Shown: piece by piece, positions 8,158 through 18,701 of the stretch | How positions within the stretch are numbered: the first letter of the stretch is position 1 | Layout of the letters: every line of letters begins with the position of its first letter | Assembly (NCBI GenBank): GCA_046327735.1 | Contig: JAXLXZ010000007.1 | Location: 16,525-80,524 of the forward strand | DNA from: Gemmatimonadales bacterium | GTDB lineage: Bacteria; Gemmatimonadota; Gemmatimonadetes; Gemmatimonadales; GWC2-71-9 | Direction of reading: 5' to 3' | Length of the DNA stretch: 64,000 bases | Position numbers and translations under genes: made by a program | The notes under the pieces: generated by a model | Database searches by the model: none | Told to the model about the DNA's origin: nothing | The model's input: the letters and a program-made list of their open reading frames with translations, nothing else

Positions 8158-9653
8158 TCCGCCGCGCGATGGCTCCCGCACTGTTCGCGCTGGCCCTGGG
8201 CGCCGCGCCCCTCGCCGCCCAGCGCCCGGTGCTCGACACCCTGCCCCAGGCAACCCTCTCGCTCGACGACGCGCTCCGGCTCGCGCTTCCCGCCAGCGAG
8301 GCGGTGTCCCTCGCCCGCTCGGCGGTGCGCCGGGCCCAGGGCGACGTGAAGAAGGCGCGGAGTGAGTTCTTCCCGCAGATCACCGGGACGGCGTCCTACA
8401 CCCGCACCCTCAAGTCGCAGTTCAGCCGCTCGGCGGGCGGCAGCGGCACGACGGACACGACCCAGACCACCACCACGAGCTGCAACCGCTTCCGGGGCGA
8501 TCCCTCGGCGCCGGTAGGCACCCGGCTCGACTCGCTGGAGAGCGCGGTCGGGTGCCTCACCTCGCTCAACCCCTTCGCGGCCTTCGGCAACCTCCCCTTC
8601 GGCCAGAAGAACCAGTATCGCCTCGGCCTCGACGGGAGCCAGATCCTCTATGCCGGCGGCCGGGTGCGAGCCCAGACCCGCGCGGCCCAGGCGGCGGAGC
8701 GCTCGGCGAAGATCGGGCTCACCGCCCAGGAGGCGCAGCTCACGCTGGACGTCACCCAGGCCTACTACGATGCCGCGCTGGCCGACCAGCTGCTCCTGAT
8801 CGCGCGAGGCACGCTGCAGCTCGCCGACTCGACCTACCAGCAGACGGTGCTGGCGCGGAAGGTCGGCTCCCAGCCGGAGTTCGACGTGCTGCGGGCGCAG
8901 GTGTCGCGCGACAACGCCCGCACCGCCGCGATCCAGCGGGAGTCGGACCGGGAGATCGCCTTCCTCCGGCTCAAGCAGCTGCTCAACCTGCCGCTCGCGG
9001 GGCCGCTCACGCTCACCACGCCGGTGGTCGACAGCCTGCTGCCGGTGGTGCCGGCGCTCGACTCGCTGGTGAGCCGCCAGCTCGACACGGTGGTCGATGA
9101 GCGGGCCCCGGTGCGCCAGGCGCAGGCCTCGGTCGACGAACAGGAGCAGCGCTACCGGGTGGCGAAGGCGGAGCGCTATCCGGCGGTGACCCTCTCCTCG
9201 AGCTTTGCCCGGCTGGGCTACCCGAGCGACCTGCTGCCGTCGTGGAGCGACTTCGTCTCCGACTGGACGGTGGGCCTCACGGTGAAGGTGCCGCTCTTCA
9301 CCGGCGGCCGGATCGGCGGGAGCGTGCAGTCGGCGGGGACCAACGCGGAGGATGCGCGCATCCGGCTCCGCCAGGCCCGGGAGCGCGCGGCGGTCGACAC
9401 CCGTTCGGCGCTCGAGCGGCTCCGCGCGGCCGGCGCCGCGTGGGAGGCGAGCCAGGGCACCGTGGCGCAGGCGGAGAAGGCGTACGCCATCGCGGAGATC
9501 CGCTATCGCAACGGGATCAGCACCCAGACCGAGCTGGCCGACTCGCGGATCCTGCTGGAGCAGGCGCGGGCCAACCGGGCGACGGCGGGCCGCGACCTGC
9601 AGACGGCGAGGGTGCGGGTGGCGTTGCTGCCGGAGCTTCCGCTGGCGCAATAG
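8154..9653 (+). CDS. TolC-family outer membrane efflux protein
   Basis: ATGA overlap with the TetR stop. Signal peptide, and two OEP repeats (SEFFPQITGTASY..., ERYPAVTLSSSFARLGY). Confidence 0.9.
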   Translation: MIRRAMAPALFALALGAAPLAAQRPVLDTLPQATLSLDDALRLALPASEAVSLARSAVRRAQGDVKKARSEFFPQITGTASYTRTLKSQFSRSAGGSGTTDTTQTTTTSCNRFRGDPSAPVGTRLDSLESAVGCLTSLNPFAAFGNLPFGQKNQYRLGLDGSQILYAGGRVRAQTRAAQAAERSAKIGLTAQEAQLTLDVTQAYYDAALADQLLLIARGTLQLADSTYQQTVLARKVGSQPEFDVLRAQVSRDNARTAAIQRESDREIAFLRLKQLLNLPLAGPLTLTTPVVDSLLPVVPALDSLVSRQLDTVVDERAPVRQAQASVDEQEQRYRVAKAERYPAVTLSSSFARLGYPSDLLPSWSDFVSDWTVGLTVKVPLFTGGRIGGSVQSAGTNAEDARIRLRQARERAAVDTRSALERLRAAGAAWEASQGTVAQAEKAYAIAEIRYRNGISTQTELADSRILLEQARANRATAGRDLQTARVRVALLPELPLAQ

Positions 9654-9684
9654 TGGGCCAGTGGGCCAGTGGGCCAGTGGGCCA
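9653..9684. repeat. Tandem octamer (GTGGGCCA)x4
   Basis: Four perfect copies starting within the TolC stop codon. Confidence 0.9.
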
Positions 9685-9848
9685 GGCAAAGGTACGGGAG
9701 AGACGCGGCGGACCGGGGGATTCCCGGAGCGGAACGTATGCGCCCGCTCTTCCGCATGGACGCCAGCCCTTTCGCCGAGCGCATCAGTTCCGCGGAGGGG
9801 CTCCCCCGGGACGCCGCGCCGACCTTGGAGCGTAGAAAGCAAAAAGCA

Positions 9849-9960
9849 GGGATTCCTCGCTTCGCTTGGAATGACAGAGTGCATCGGGAAGGAAGAGCCG
9901 GGATTCCTCGCTGCGCTCGGAATGACAGAGTGCATCGGGTCGGAATGACAGCATGCTGTG
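9849..9960. repeat. REP family A, two tandem right-arm copies (51-nt period) plus a partial third
   Basis: GGGATTCCTCGCT(T/G)CGCT(T/C)GGAATGACAGAGTGCATCGGG at 9849-9888 and 9900-9939. A further TCGGAATGACAG is followed by the palindrome ACAGCATGCTGT. Confidence 0.85.
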
Positions 9961-9996
9961 ACGTGTGCAGGACTACATCCATAGGGACTTGAGACG

Positions 9997-11121
9997 ATGC
10001 GGACGCACTACTGGATCCTCGCGACACTCGCGCTCGCGGCCTGCGGCAAGAAGGCCCGGCAGACCGCCACCGGCACCGCGGCGGATAGCGCGGCGTGGGT
10101 CGGCAAGGAGAACATCGCGGTCGCGCGGCAGCAGCCGATCGAGAACGGCCCCGCGGTGAGCGGCACCCTGCAGGCCGAGCGCCAGGCGGTGGTGCGGGCC
10201 GAGATCGGCGCCACCGTGGTGGCGGTGAACGCCGAGCCGGGACAGGCGGTCGCGAGGGGCGCGGTCCTCGCCCGGCTCGACGACACCTCGATCCGCGACG
10301 CCTGGGAGTCGAGCCGCTCCGCGGTGAACACCGCCGAGCTCAACCAGCAGATCGCCGCCAAGGAGCTGGAGCGGGCCAACGCCCTCGTCGGCGCCGGGGC
10401 CATCGCCGAGCGCGATGTCGAGACGGCCCGCCTCGGGCAGACCTCGGCGGCCTCCCAGCTCTCCGAGGCGCGCTCCCGGCTCGCCTCCGCCGAGAAGCAG
10501 CTCGCCCGGACCATCCTGCGGGCGCCCTTCAGCGGCATCGTGAGTGAGCGGCCGGTGAGCCTGGGCGACGTGGTGCAGTCGGGCAACCCGGTCTTCACCG
10601 TGATCGACCCCGCCTCGCTCAAGTTCGAGGGCACCGTTCCGGCGGAGGCGCTGGGCGGCCTCAAGGTGGGAACGCCGGTGAGCTTCACGGTCGGCGGGGT
10701 CGGGGCGCTCAAGGGGAAGGTCACCCGCATCAACCCGGCGGTGGATCCCGCCACCCGGCAGGTGCGGATCACGGTGGGCGTGCCCAACGAGAAGGGGAAG
10801 ATCATCGCGGGGCTCTTCGCCGAGGGGCGGGTGGCGACCACGACCCGCGATGGCGTCGTGGTGCCGGCCGGCGCGGTGGACCGGCGCGGGGTGCGCCCCT
10901 TCGTGGTGCGCATCAAGGGCGGCAAGGTGGAGCGGGTCGAGGTCACCCTCGGCCTGGTGGATGAAGCGGAGGAGCAGATGGAGATCCAGTCCGGACTCGC
11001 CGCCGGCGACACGCTGCTGGTGGGCGGGGCGCGGGGCCTCAACCCCGGCACGCCGGTCCGGATCGGCAGCCCGGCGGAAATCACCGGGGGGCAGGCCGCC
11101 ACGCTCCCCGAGAAGGAGTAA
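9997..11121 (+). CDS. Efflux RND periplasmic adaptor (MFP)
   Basis: Lipoprotein signal (LALAAC), coiled-coil hairpin, and HlyD-like beta-barrel motifs (ILRAPFSGIVSERPVSLGDVV). Confidence 0.9.
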   Translation: MRTHYWILATLALAACGKKARQTATGTAADSAAWVGKENIAVARQQPIENGPAVSGTLQAERQAVVRAEIGATVVAVNAEPGQAVARGAVLARLDDTSIRDAWESSRSAVNTAELNQQIAAKELERANALVGAGAIAERDVETARLGQTSAASQLSEARSRLASAEKQLARTILRAPFSGIVSERPVSLGDVVQSGNPVFTVIDPASLKFEGTVPAEALGGLKVGTPVSFTVGGVGALKGKVTRINPAVDPATRQVRITVGVPNEKGKIIAGLFAEGRVATTTRDGVVVPAGAVDRRGVRPFVVRIKGGKVERVEVTLGLVDEAEEQMEIQSGLAAGDTLLVGGARGLNPGTPVRIGSPAEITGGQAATLPEKE

Positions 11122-11124
11122 GCC

Positions 11125-14100
11125 ATGCTGATCTCGGATTTTGCGATCCGGCGCCCGGTCATCACCGTCGTCACGATGGTGGCGCTCTCGGTCTTCGGCA
11201 TCATCGCGCTGTTCAAGCTCAAGACCGACGAATTCCCCGACGTCGCGCCGCCGTTCGTCTCGGTGGGCATCCCCTACCCCGGCGGCTCACCCGACGCGGT
11301 CGAGCGCGAGGTGCTCGAGCCGATCGAGGAAGTCATCGCCTCGATCAGCGGGGTCAAGAAGATGCAGGGCACGGCGCAGGACGGCTTTGCCCAGATCCTG
11401 ATCGAGTTCCAGTTCGAGAAGCCGCTCCTCGAGGCGACCCAGGACATCCGGGACGCCATCTCCACCATCCGGGCCGACCTGCCGGAGGAGATGAAGGAGC
11501 CGATCATCAAGAAGGTCTCCGACACCGACCGCCCGATCGTCTCGCTGGCGCTCTCGAGCAAGACCCTCAGCGCCGCCGAGCTGACCCGGGTCGCCGACCC
11601 GGGCATCGCGCGCGAGCTGCGCTCGCTCTCGGGCGTGGCGGAGGTGAACGTCGTCGGCAAGCACGAGCGGGAGCTCACCGTGCTGCTCCGCCCCGAGGCG
11701 CTGCAGGGCGCCGGGGTGAGCGTGGCCCAGGTGGTCCAGGCGCTGCGGCTCCAGAACGTGGCCGCGCCGGTGGGACGCATCGAGGCGGACTATGAGGAGC
11801 GGAGCATCCGGCTCCAGGGCCGCCTGAGCGAGCCCAGCGACTTCCTCAAGCTGGTGGTGGCGGAGCGGAACGGGCGGCTGATCCGGCTGGGCGAGGTGGC
11901 CAGCGTCATCGACGGCACCGAGGAGCCCCGCTCGCTCACGCTCTACAACGAGTCCGAGGCGGTCGGCATCGACATCAAGAAGTCGAAGGGCTACAGCACC
12001 ACCGACGTGAGCGACCGGATCAAGGAGCGGGTGGAGCGGATCCAGAAGACCCTGCCCCAGGGCGCCACCCTGGCGATGGTGCGCGACGGCGGTGAGCGGG
12101 TCGACCGGTCGGTGCGGAACGTGGAGGAGACCCTGGTGGAGGGCGCGCTCCTCACGGTGCTGGTGGTCTTCCTGTTCCTCAACTCCTGGCGCTCCACGAT
12201 CATCACCGGCTTGGCGCTGCCGGTGAGCGTGCTCGCGTCGTTCATTGCGGTGTGGGCCTTCGGCTTCACGCTCAACACGATGTCGCTGCTGGGCCTCTCG
12301 CTCGCGATCGGCATCCTGATCGACGACGCCATCGTGGTGCGCGAGAACATCGTGCGGCACGTGGAGATGGGGAAGGATCACCTGACCGCGGCGCGCGAGG
12401 GCACCGACGAGATCGGCCTCGCCGTGGCGGCGACCACCTTCTCGATCCTGGCGGTGTTCGTCCCCATCGCCTTCCTGCCGGGCGTCGCGGGCCAGTGGTT
12501 CAAGCCCTTCGGCCTCACCATCGCCTGCTCGGTGGCGGTGTCGCTCTTCGTCTCCTTCTCGCTCGACCCGATGCTCTCGGCTTACTGGCCCGATCCCCAC
12601 CGCGAGGAGCACCAGAAAGCCTGGATCACCCGGGTGCTGGACCGGTTCAACGCCTGGTTCGACCGGACGGCGAAGCGCTACGAGCGGGTGATCGCCTGGG
12701 CGCTCGATCACCGCTGGAGCATGGTGGCGATCGCCACCGCCTCGTTCGTCTTCGCGCTGGCGATGCCGGCGATGTCGCTGGTGGGTGTCGGCTTCTTCCC
12801 GATCGACGACCGCGGGGAGTTCAACATCCAGATCGAGACCCCGCCGGGGTCGAGCCTGGCCTACACCCGGGTCAAGGCGGAGGAAGTCGCGAAGATCGCC
12901 CGCTCGCTCCCGGAGACGCGCTACACCTACACCACCCTGGGTGGCGGGGCCAACGGCGCCGTCGATGCCGGCGTGATCTACGTGCGGCTGACGCCCAAGA
13001 AGCAACGGAAGCGGAGCGCCGAGGATCTCGCGGCGGTGATGCGGGAGAAGACGGCCAGGCTCACCGGCGCCAAGTTGGCGGTGTTCACCACCGACTTCGG
13101 CGGCGGGCGGAAGCAGCTGCTGCTGGAGGTGCGCGGCAGCGAAGTCGCCGCGATCACGGCCACGGCCGAACAGGTCCTCGCCGAGGTGGCGAAGGTCCCG
13201 AACGTGGTGGACCTGGACCTCTCCAGCAAGGGCCAGAAGCCCGAGGTCACCATCAAGCTCAACCGCGGCCTCGCCGGCTCGCTTGGCATCACCGTGGGGG
13301 ACGTGGCCCAGTCGGTGCGCCCCGCCTTCGCCGGGATCGACGCGGGCGACTGGGTCGACCCGAGCGGGGAGACCCGCGACGTCGAGGTGCGGCTCACCCC
13401 GGAGAGCCGCACCCGCACCGAGGACCTGCGGCGGCTCCCGCTCCTGGTGGTCGGCCCGAACGGCGCGCCCAGCACGGTGCCGCTGATGCAGGTGGCCGAC
13501 ATCACCAGCAGCCTGGGCCCGGCGGTGATCAACCACCTCAACCGCGACCCGGTGGTGAACGTGCAGTGGAACACCCAGGGCCGCTCCACCGGCGAGGTGA
13601 TGACCGACGTGCGGGCCCGGCTCGCGAAGATCCAGCTGCCGCCGGGCGTCCGCATCACCGAGGGTGGCGACGCCGAGTCGCAGACCGAGGTCTTCGGGAA
13701 CATCTTCATCGCCCTGGGCGTCGCGGCGATGCTCATGTACCTGATCCTGGTGATGCAGTTCGGGTCGTTCATCGACCCGCTCGCCATCATGATGTCGCTG
13801 CCGCTCTCCATGATCGGGGTGATGCTCGGGCTGGCGATCACCAAGCTCACGATCAACATCATGAGCCTCATCGGGGTCATCCTGCTGATGGGGATCGTGG
13901 CGAAGAACGCCATCCTGCTCATCGACTTCGCCAAGTGGGCGATGGAGAAGGACGGGCTGCCGCTCCGGGAGGCCCTGATCAAGGCCGGCTCGATCCGGCT
14001 CCGCCCGATCCTGATGACCACCTTCGCGCTGATCGCCGGCATGATCCCGGTCGCGCTCGGCCGCGGGGAGGGGGCCCAGTTCCGGGCGCCCCTCGGCGTG

Positions 14101-14280
14101 GCGGTGATCGGCGGCGTGATCACCTCGACGCTGCTGACCCTGGTGGCGATCCCGACGTTCTACGAGATCCTGGTGGAGTTCAAGCACGGACTCGCGCGGG
14201 TGGCGCGGCGGCTGTTCGGGTCGAGCGCGATCGAGCAGATGATGACCGCGGCGACCGGCGAACATGGGGTGGGGCCGTAA
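11125..14280 (+). CDS. Efflux RND permease (AcrB/HAE1-like)
   Basis: 1051 aa, 12-TM AcrB architecture. N-terminus [16 protein letters not shown] and conserved [16 protein letters not shown]. Confidence 0.95.
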   Translation: MLISDFAIRRPVITVVTMVALSVFGIIALFKLKTDEFPDVAPPFVSVGIPYPGGSPDAVEREVLEPIEEVIASISGVKKMQGTAQDGFAQILIEFQFEKPLLEATQDIRDAISTIRADLPEEMKEPIIKKVSDTDRPIVSLALSSKTLSAAELTRVADPGIARELRSLSGVAEVNVVGKHERELTVLLRPEALQGAGVSVAQVVQALRLQNVAAPVGRIEADYEERSIRLQGRLSEPSDFLKLVVAERNGRLIRLGEVASVIDGTEEPRSLTLYNESEAVGIDIKKSKGYSTTDVSDRIKERVERIQKTLPQGATLAMVRDGGERVDRSVRNVEETLVEGALLTVLVVFLFLNSWRSTIITGLALPVSVLASFIAVWAFGFTLNTMSLLGLSLAIGILIDDAIVVRENIVRHVEMGKDHLTAAREGTDEIGLAVAATTFSILAVFVPIAFLPGVAGQWFKPFGLTIACSVAVSLFVSFSLDPMLSAYWPDPHREEHQKAWITRVLDRFNAWFDRTAKRYERVIAWALDHRWSMVAIATASFVFALAMPAMSLVGVGFFPIDDRGEFNIQIETPPGSSLAYTRVKAEEVAKIARSLPETRYTYTTLGGGANGAVDAGVIYVRLTPKKQRKRSAEDLAAVMREKTARLTGAKLAVFTTDFGGGRKQLLLEVRGSEVAAITATAEQVLAEVAKVPNVVDLDLSSKGQKPEVTIKLNRGLAGSLGITVGDVAQSVRPAFAGIDAGDWVDPSGETRDVEVRLTPESRTRTEDLRRLPLLVVGPNGAPSTVPLMQVADITSSLGPAVINHLNRDPVVNVQWNTQGRSTGEVMTDVRARLAKIQLPPGVRITEGGDAESQTEVFGNIFIALGVAAMLMYLILVMQFGSFIDPLAIMMSLPLSMIGVMLGLAITKLTINIMSLIGVILLMGIVAKNAILLIDFAKWAMEKDGLPLREALIKAGSIRLRPILMTTFALIAGMIPVALGRGEGAQFRAPLGVAVIGGVITSTLLTLVAIPTFYEILVEFKHGLARVARRLFGSSAIEQMMTAATGEHGVGP

Positions 14281-14283
14281 GCT

Positions 14284-14419
14284 GGGTTCCGGGTTCCGGG
14301 TTCGGAGTGATGAAGCGATGAGCCGGGTTGTCTAACCCTTGGGTAGCGGTAGCTGGCCAAGTCGAACCCGTGAATCCAGATTAGTCCGCTCGGAACTCGG
14401 AAACCCGGAACTCGGAACT
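14284..14419. repeat. Inverted arrays of GGTTCCG-type heptamers around a small hairpin
   Basis: GGGTTCCGGGTTCCGGGTTCGG (14284-14305) faces CCGCTCGGAACTCGGAAACCCGGAACTCGGAAC (14387-14419). The inner GGGTT-N4-AACCC is at 14325-14338. Confidence 0.6.
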
Positions 14420-14428
14420 GGAGTGATC

Positions 14429-14854
14429 ATGCCTACATCGACGGCAAGCGCGGTCTGGGAAGGCGGACTCAAGGGCGGCAAGGGCGAATTCAAGGGCAAC
14501 TCGGGGCTGGTCGGCGGAGGGTACACCTTCGCGACCCGGTTCGAGAGCGCCAAGGGCACCAACCCCGAGGAACTGATCGCCTCGGCCCACGCGGCCTGTT
14601 ACAGCATGGCCCTCTCGGCGGGCCTCGAAGCCAAGGGCAAGACGCCGACCAGGGTCAGCACGACCGCGGAGGTCATCCTCAGCATGGACGGCGGGCCGCA
14701 CATCTCGAAGATCAAGCTCACCACCCGCGGCACGGTGCCGGGGCTCGACCAGGCGGGGTTTGCGGCGGCGGCGGAGGAAGCGAAGAAGGGCTGCCCGATC
14801 TCGAAGCTGTTCGCGAACAATGCGGTGATCGAGCTGGACGCGAAGCTGGAGTAG
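14429..14854 (+). CDS. osmC: OsmC-family peroxiredoxin
   Basis: MPTSTASAVWEGGLKGGKG..., AHAACYSMAL and KGCPISK motifs. GGAG lies upstream of the ATG at 14429. Confidence 0.9.
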   Translation: MPTSTASAVWEGGLKGGKGEFKGNSGLVGGGYTFATRFESAKGTNPEELIASAHAACYSMALSAGLEAKGKTPTRVSTTAEVILSMDGGPHISKIKLTTRGTVPGLDQAGFAAAAEEAKKGCPISKLFANNAVIELDAKLE

Positions 14855-14901
14855 GGCGGGAAAGCGGGGGCTGGACCGGAGGCGAGGGCCGGCCTCGGCG
14901 C

Positions 14902-17900
14902 TTACTGCTGCCGCAGGGAGACGACCGCCACATCGGCCTCGTCGTCGACCACCGTGAAAAAGAGGTTCCTGCCGTCGGTGTCGAACTCGGGACGCCGGGT
15001 CCGGCGACCCGGCTCGGCCAGGCGGAGAAGTCGGCGCGGCGGGCCGCCGGCCGTCGAGACGGACCAGTAGCTGTAGATCCCACCCGGGTCGCGCGTCTGG
15101 AAGTACAGACGTGAGGCATCCCGCCCCCAGACAACGAAGGTGATGCTCTCGCGAAGACTCCGGCCATCGATCAGGGGGCGAAACGGTCCCCCGTCGATCG
15201 GCTGGAGGCCGAGGCGGGCGTTGTCGACGAGGGCGATGGTGCGTCCGTCGGGTGCCCACCGAACGTCCACGGTGGGAGTGGCGGCAGCATCGATGCGGCG
15301 AGGTTCGGTCCAGGTCGCGTTGGGGCCGCGGGTGGTGACAAGCACATCCCATGCGTACGAAACCTGGGAGCTGAACACGATCTGGTCCCCGTTCGGCTCC
15401 CAGTCGGGGTAATACTCGTTTCCCGGCAGGGTGGTGAGACGGCGCTCGTTGCGTCCGTCCGCATTCACCAGGAAGAGGTCCTTGGTTCCGAAGCGCCGGG
15501 AGTAGAACACCAGTTCACTGTCGCCGGGGGACCACCGGGGCTCGTAGTCGGGCGCCGAGTCGGTGGTAAGCGCCACCGGCGCGCCAGCCAGGCCGGTGCC
15601 ATCGAAGGGCACCTTGTAGATGTCCAGGTTCCCGTTGCGATTGGAGTCGAAGGCCAGCCACTTCCCGTCGTGGGAGACCGCGATCCCCTCGATGGACTGC
15701 CGCTCGGTGGTCACCGCCCGGGCGGCCGACGAGGGCGTCACCCCATCCGCGGCAATCGGCGCCATCCAGATGTTGGACCGGAGTCGCAGGGTGCTGTACG
15801 CCATCTGCGAGCCGTCGGGTGTCAGTGTGAACGTGAACGGGTCCAGTCCGCTGGTGACCCGTTCCGGCGCACCCCGTGGCCGGCCGCTGGAGCTCACCCG
15901 CTGACGATAGACATCGCGAGGGCCATCCCGATCGGAGACGAAGAGGATGCCCCGGCCGTCGGGCCACCAGACCGGCGCGGTGTTGAGGTACTGGGCGTCC
16001 GTGACGAGTGCGGAGTCGCCCCCGGTCGCGCTCGCGGTCCAGATGGCACTGGGGGCGGCGTTGCCGTATCCCGCCGAATTGACGAAGACCAGGTTCTCCA
16101 CCGCAAACGCGATCCGCCGTCCGTCGGGAGACCAGGACGGAGAATGCGCCTCGAGCATGCGGGCCACCCGGTGGGGCGCCCCTCCGCTGATCGCCACGCT
16201 CGAGATGCCACCCGAGTCGGCGTAGACCAACTGGCTGCCATCGGGCGACCACGCGGGCTGGCCACCAAGGTCGCCGAGACTGACGACCCGCTGGGGCACT
16301 CCCCCCAGGACCGGGATCAGGTAGATGGCACGATCGGCAACGAAGGCCAGCCGGGAGCCATCGGGGGACCAGCGGGGCCAGCGATGGTCACCGGAGAGGC
16401 CGGTGACAATGGGCACCGGCGCTGACCCCGAGACCTGCCGCAGCAGCAGGCGCATCTCGCCAGCCGGCCCCGCAGCATAGGCGACGAATCGGCCATCGGG
16501 CGAGATCGCCGCGTCGAAGTTGAGCGTGTCGATCGAGTGCGTGACCGGTGTAATGGCACCCATCACCAGTGGCCTCGCGCCGGGACGCAGCAGGGCGAAC
16601 GCGAGAAGGCTCAGGGCCAGCACGGCGGCGCCAGTGCCGAGCAGTGCCAGGGTCCGCCCCGGGCGGCGCAACTGGGGCGCCGGTCGTGCCCCCGAAGAGG
16701 GCGTGGCCGCCTCGACCAGGGCGCGGGCAAAATCCTGGGCCTCGGGGAACCGGTCGGCCGGGAGCTTGGCCAGCGCGGTGAGCACCGCGGCTTCGACACC
16801 CTCGGGGATGGTGTCCCGCACCGTGCGCGGTGCCACCGGCCGCTCGTTCAGCATCTTGGCGACCACGGCCTGCAGGGTCGAGCCGGTGAACGGCGGATCG
16901 CCGGTCAACATCTCGTAGGCGACCACGCCGAGCGCGTAGATATCGGCCCGCTGGTCGATATCGGCAGAGGCGGACGCCTGCTCCGGTGCCATGTACTCCG
17001 GGGTCCCCAGGGACACGCCGGCCCGGGTCAGCCGCGCGCCGCCGGCTGCCTGCACCGCGAGCGCGATGCCGAAGTCGGTGACCACCGCGTGTCCCCCCTG
17101 GAGGAGGATGTTCTCCGGCTTGATGTCGCGATGGACGATGCCGTGCGCGTGGGCATACCCCAGCGCATCGGCGATCTCACCAGTGAGACGGATCACCTCG
17201 TCGATCGGGAGCTGCTTCTCCCGCGTCAGCCGGTCCCGCAGCGATTCGCCCTCCACGAACGGCATGACGTAGAAGAGCAGCTCGTCCGGTTCTCCCGGGG
17301 CGCCGATACTGCGCGAGTCCAGCAGGGGCAGGATGTGGGGATGCTGCAGCCGTGCGGTGGTTCTGATCTCGGCGAGAAAACGCTCCGCGCCGACCGATGC
17401 GCCCAGGCCCTCGTGCAGGATCTTGATCGCGACCGGACGATCGTGGCGGAGGTCGCGGGCCAGGTACACCGTGGCCATTCCTCCGGCGCCGACTTCCCGT
17501 TCGACCCGGTAGCCCCCGGCGCCGAGCCGCTCCTGCACGGCGCTCAACCGTCGCCGCTGGGGTGATGCCTGGGGCGCGCCGGGAGTGTCGCTCTCCCGGG
17601 AGAGGGCCAGGCTCCGTGAGGTGCGCAGCCGCTTCAGTGCGGTGGCCACGACTTCGGCGGTGGAAAGCTGTGCCGCCAGCCCCCGCGTCGGTGGAACTGG
17701 TGGGGCACCTGCCGGCGGCCGCCGGAGCTCTTCGACCACCGCAGCCACGGCCGGGTCACCGGGGCCGCCGAACTCTTCCTCGACCAGGGCCTGGTACACC
17801 TGCGCCTGACGCAGCGCACCGATCCGGTCACCGGCGTCGGCCAGGGCCCGCATCAGTCCGAGCGTGAGCGCTCCGTTGAGCGGGTCGATGGCCACCAGTT

Positions 17901-18480
17901 TGCGCCACCACCGAACCGCGGTGGCGGCGTCCCGGCTGGCCTCCGCCTTCGCGGCCAGGTGCTGCACCGCGGCGACGTACTCATGGGCCAGCGAAGCCCG
18001 CTCGGTCTCGACCCAGCGCTCGAACTCGGGTGCTTCGGCCAGATAGAACCCGTCGAGGAAGGGGCCGGCGTAGCGGCCCACCGCCGCTTCCCGATCCCCG
18101 CGTGCCAGGTCCGCGAGGAATGCCGCGCGATCGCTGGCCAGTCGTTCAGGATTCAGCCGGATCTCGTTGGTCCCGACGAAGAGATCGTCGTGGCCCAGCC
18201 CCTTCCGCAGTGCGTACAGGGCCTGGGCCAGGGCGTTTCTGGCCTTGTCAGATTCCGACTCGGGCCAGAGGTAGCCCAGCAGCTTGTCGCGTGAGAGGCC
18301 CCGTTCTCCGGCCGAGTCCAGCAGAGCCAGCAGCGCCAGGCGGCGCTTCTGTCCGCCCGCGCCTTCGGCCGGGCGGCCATCGGGCTGGAGGGCCGCCAGG
18401 CCACCGAGCGTGCGGAGGTGAAACGGAGCGGGGGTGGACAGTCGAGCGCTCCAGGCCGGAAGGACGCGCCAATCTATCAT
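14902..18480 (-). CDS. BTAD/SARP-like wHTH - Ser/Thr protein kinase - TM - TolB/PD40 beta-propeller fusion protein
   Basis: N-terminal winged helix plus BTAD (LLGYLWPESESDKARNALAQALYALRK; FLDGFYLAEAPEFERWV). Kinase motifs GAGGMATVYLA, HRDIKPENIL, DFGIA, GTPEYMAPE. One TM segment. C-terminal repeated SPDG / WSPDG PD40 units. Confidence 0.9.
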   Translation of the reverse strand: MIDWRVLPAWSARLSTPAPFHLRTLGGLAALQPDGRPAEGAGGQKRRLALLALLDSAGERGLSRDKLLGYLWPESESDKARNALAQALYALRKGLGHDDLFVGTNEIRLNPERLASDRAAFLADLARGDREAAVGRYAGPFLDGFYLAEAPEFERWVETERASLAHEYVAAVQHLAAKAEASRDAATAVRWWRKLVAIDPLNGALTLGLMRALADAGDRIGALRQAQVYQALVEEEFGGPGDPAVAAVVEELRRPPAGAPPVPPTRGLAAQLSTAEVVATALKRLRTSRSLALSRESDTPGAPQASPQRRRLSAVQERLGAGGYRVEREVGAGGMATVYLARDLRHDRPVAIKILHEGLGASVGAERFLAEIRTTARLQHPHILPLLDSRSIGAPGEPDELLFYVMPFVEGESLRDRLTREKQLPIDEVIRLTGEIADALGYAHAHGIVHRDIKPENILLQGGHAVVTDFGIALAVQAAGGARLTRAGVSLGTPEYMAPEQASASADIDQRADIYALGVVAYEMLTGDPPFTGSTLQAVVAKMLNERPVAPRTVRDTIPEGVEAAVLTALAKLPADRFPEAQDFARALVEAATPSSGARPAPQLRRPGRTLALLGTGAAVLALSLLAFALLRPGARPLVMGAITPVTHSIDTLNFDAAISPDGRFVAYAAGPAGEMRLLLRQVSGSAPVPIVTGLSGDHRWPRWSPDGSRLAFVADRAIYLIPVLGGVPQRVVSLGDLGGQPAWSPDGSQLVYADSGGISSVAISGGAPHRVARMLEAHSPSWSPDGRRIAFAVENLVFVNSAGYGNAAPSAIWTASATGGDSALVTDAQYLNTAPVWWPDGRGILFVSDRDGPRDVYRQRVSSSGRPRGAPERVTSGLDPFTFTLTPDGSQMAYSTLRLRSNIWMAPIAADGVTPSSAARAVTTERQSIEGIAVSHDGKWLAFDSNRNGNLDIYKVPFDGTGLAGAPVALTTDSAPDYEPRWSPGDSELVFYSRRFGTKDLFLVNADGRNERRLTTLPGNEYYPDWEPNGDQIVFSSQVSYAWDVLVTTRGPNATWTEPRRIDAAATPTVDVRWAPDGRTIALVDNARLGLQPIDGGPFRPLIDGRSLRESITFVVWGRDASRLYFQTRDPGGIYSYWSVSTAGGPPRRLLRLAEPGRRTRRPEFDTDGRNLFFTVVDDEADVAVVSLRQQ

Positions 18481-18701
18481 CGTCCCATGCCCGCCGCGAG
18501 CGCGCGACCGCTCTGCTTCGTCCCTGCCTCACCGGCAGCTTCACGGAGCGACGCGCGCTCCGGGGCCGGGCTCCCAGGGATAGAACGCGAGCTCCTCGTC
18601 GAGTTCCCCGTTCCCCGATGGCCGCGCCCGACCCACCCCCCCGGCGCGTGAGGCTCGGCGGGGTCGAGCCCCGGCGAGCCTCACTACTGGGCAACGCGGT
18701 G

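Noticed and set aside
7494-9653. 719-aa ORF suggesting a fused regulator / outer-membrane protein. The 451-aa ORF 26470..27825 (-) is similar.
   Set aside because: The N-terminal parts are out-of-frame or antisense read-through of neighbouring genes. The real starts are the signal-peptide Met codons at 8154 and 27207.
14310-14321. Three-codon mini-ORF (ATG AAG CGA TGA) after a GGAG within the repeat following the RND gene.
   Set aside because: The GGAG-to-ATG spacing is only 2 nt and the context is a repeat. There is no evidence of function.
18648-18684. 16-bp hairpin after the lipoprotein gene as an intrinsic terminator.
   Set aside because: There is no U-tract on the transcribed (minus) strand. 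It may be a stabilising hairpin or part of an operon with the kinase gene, so it is not called as a terminator.
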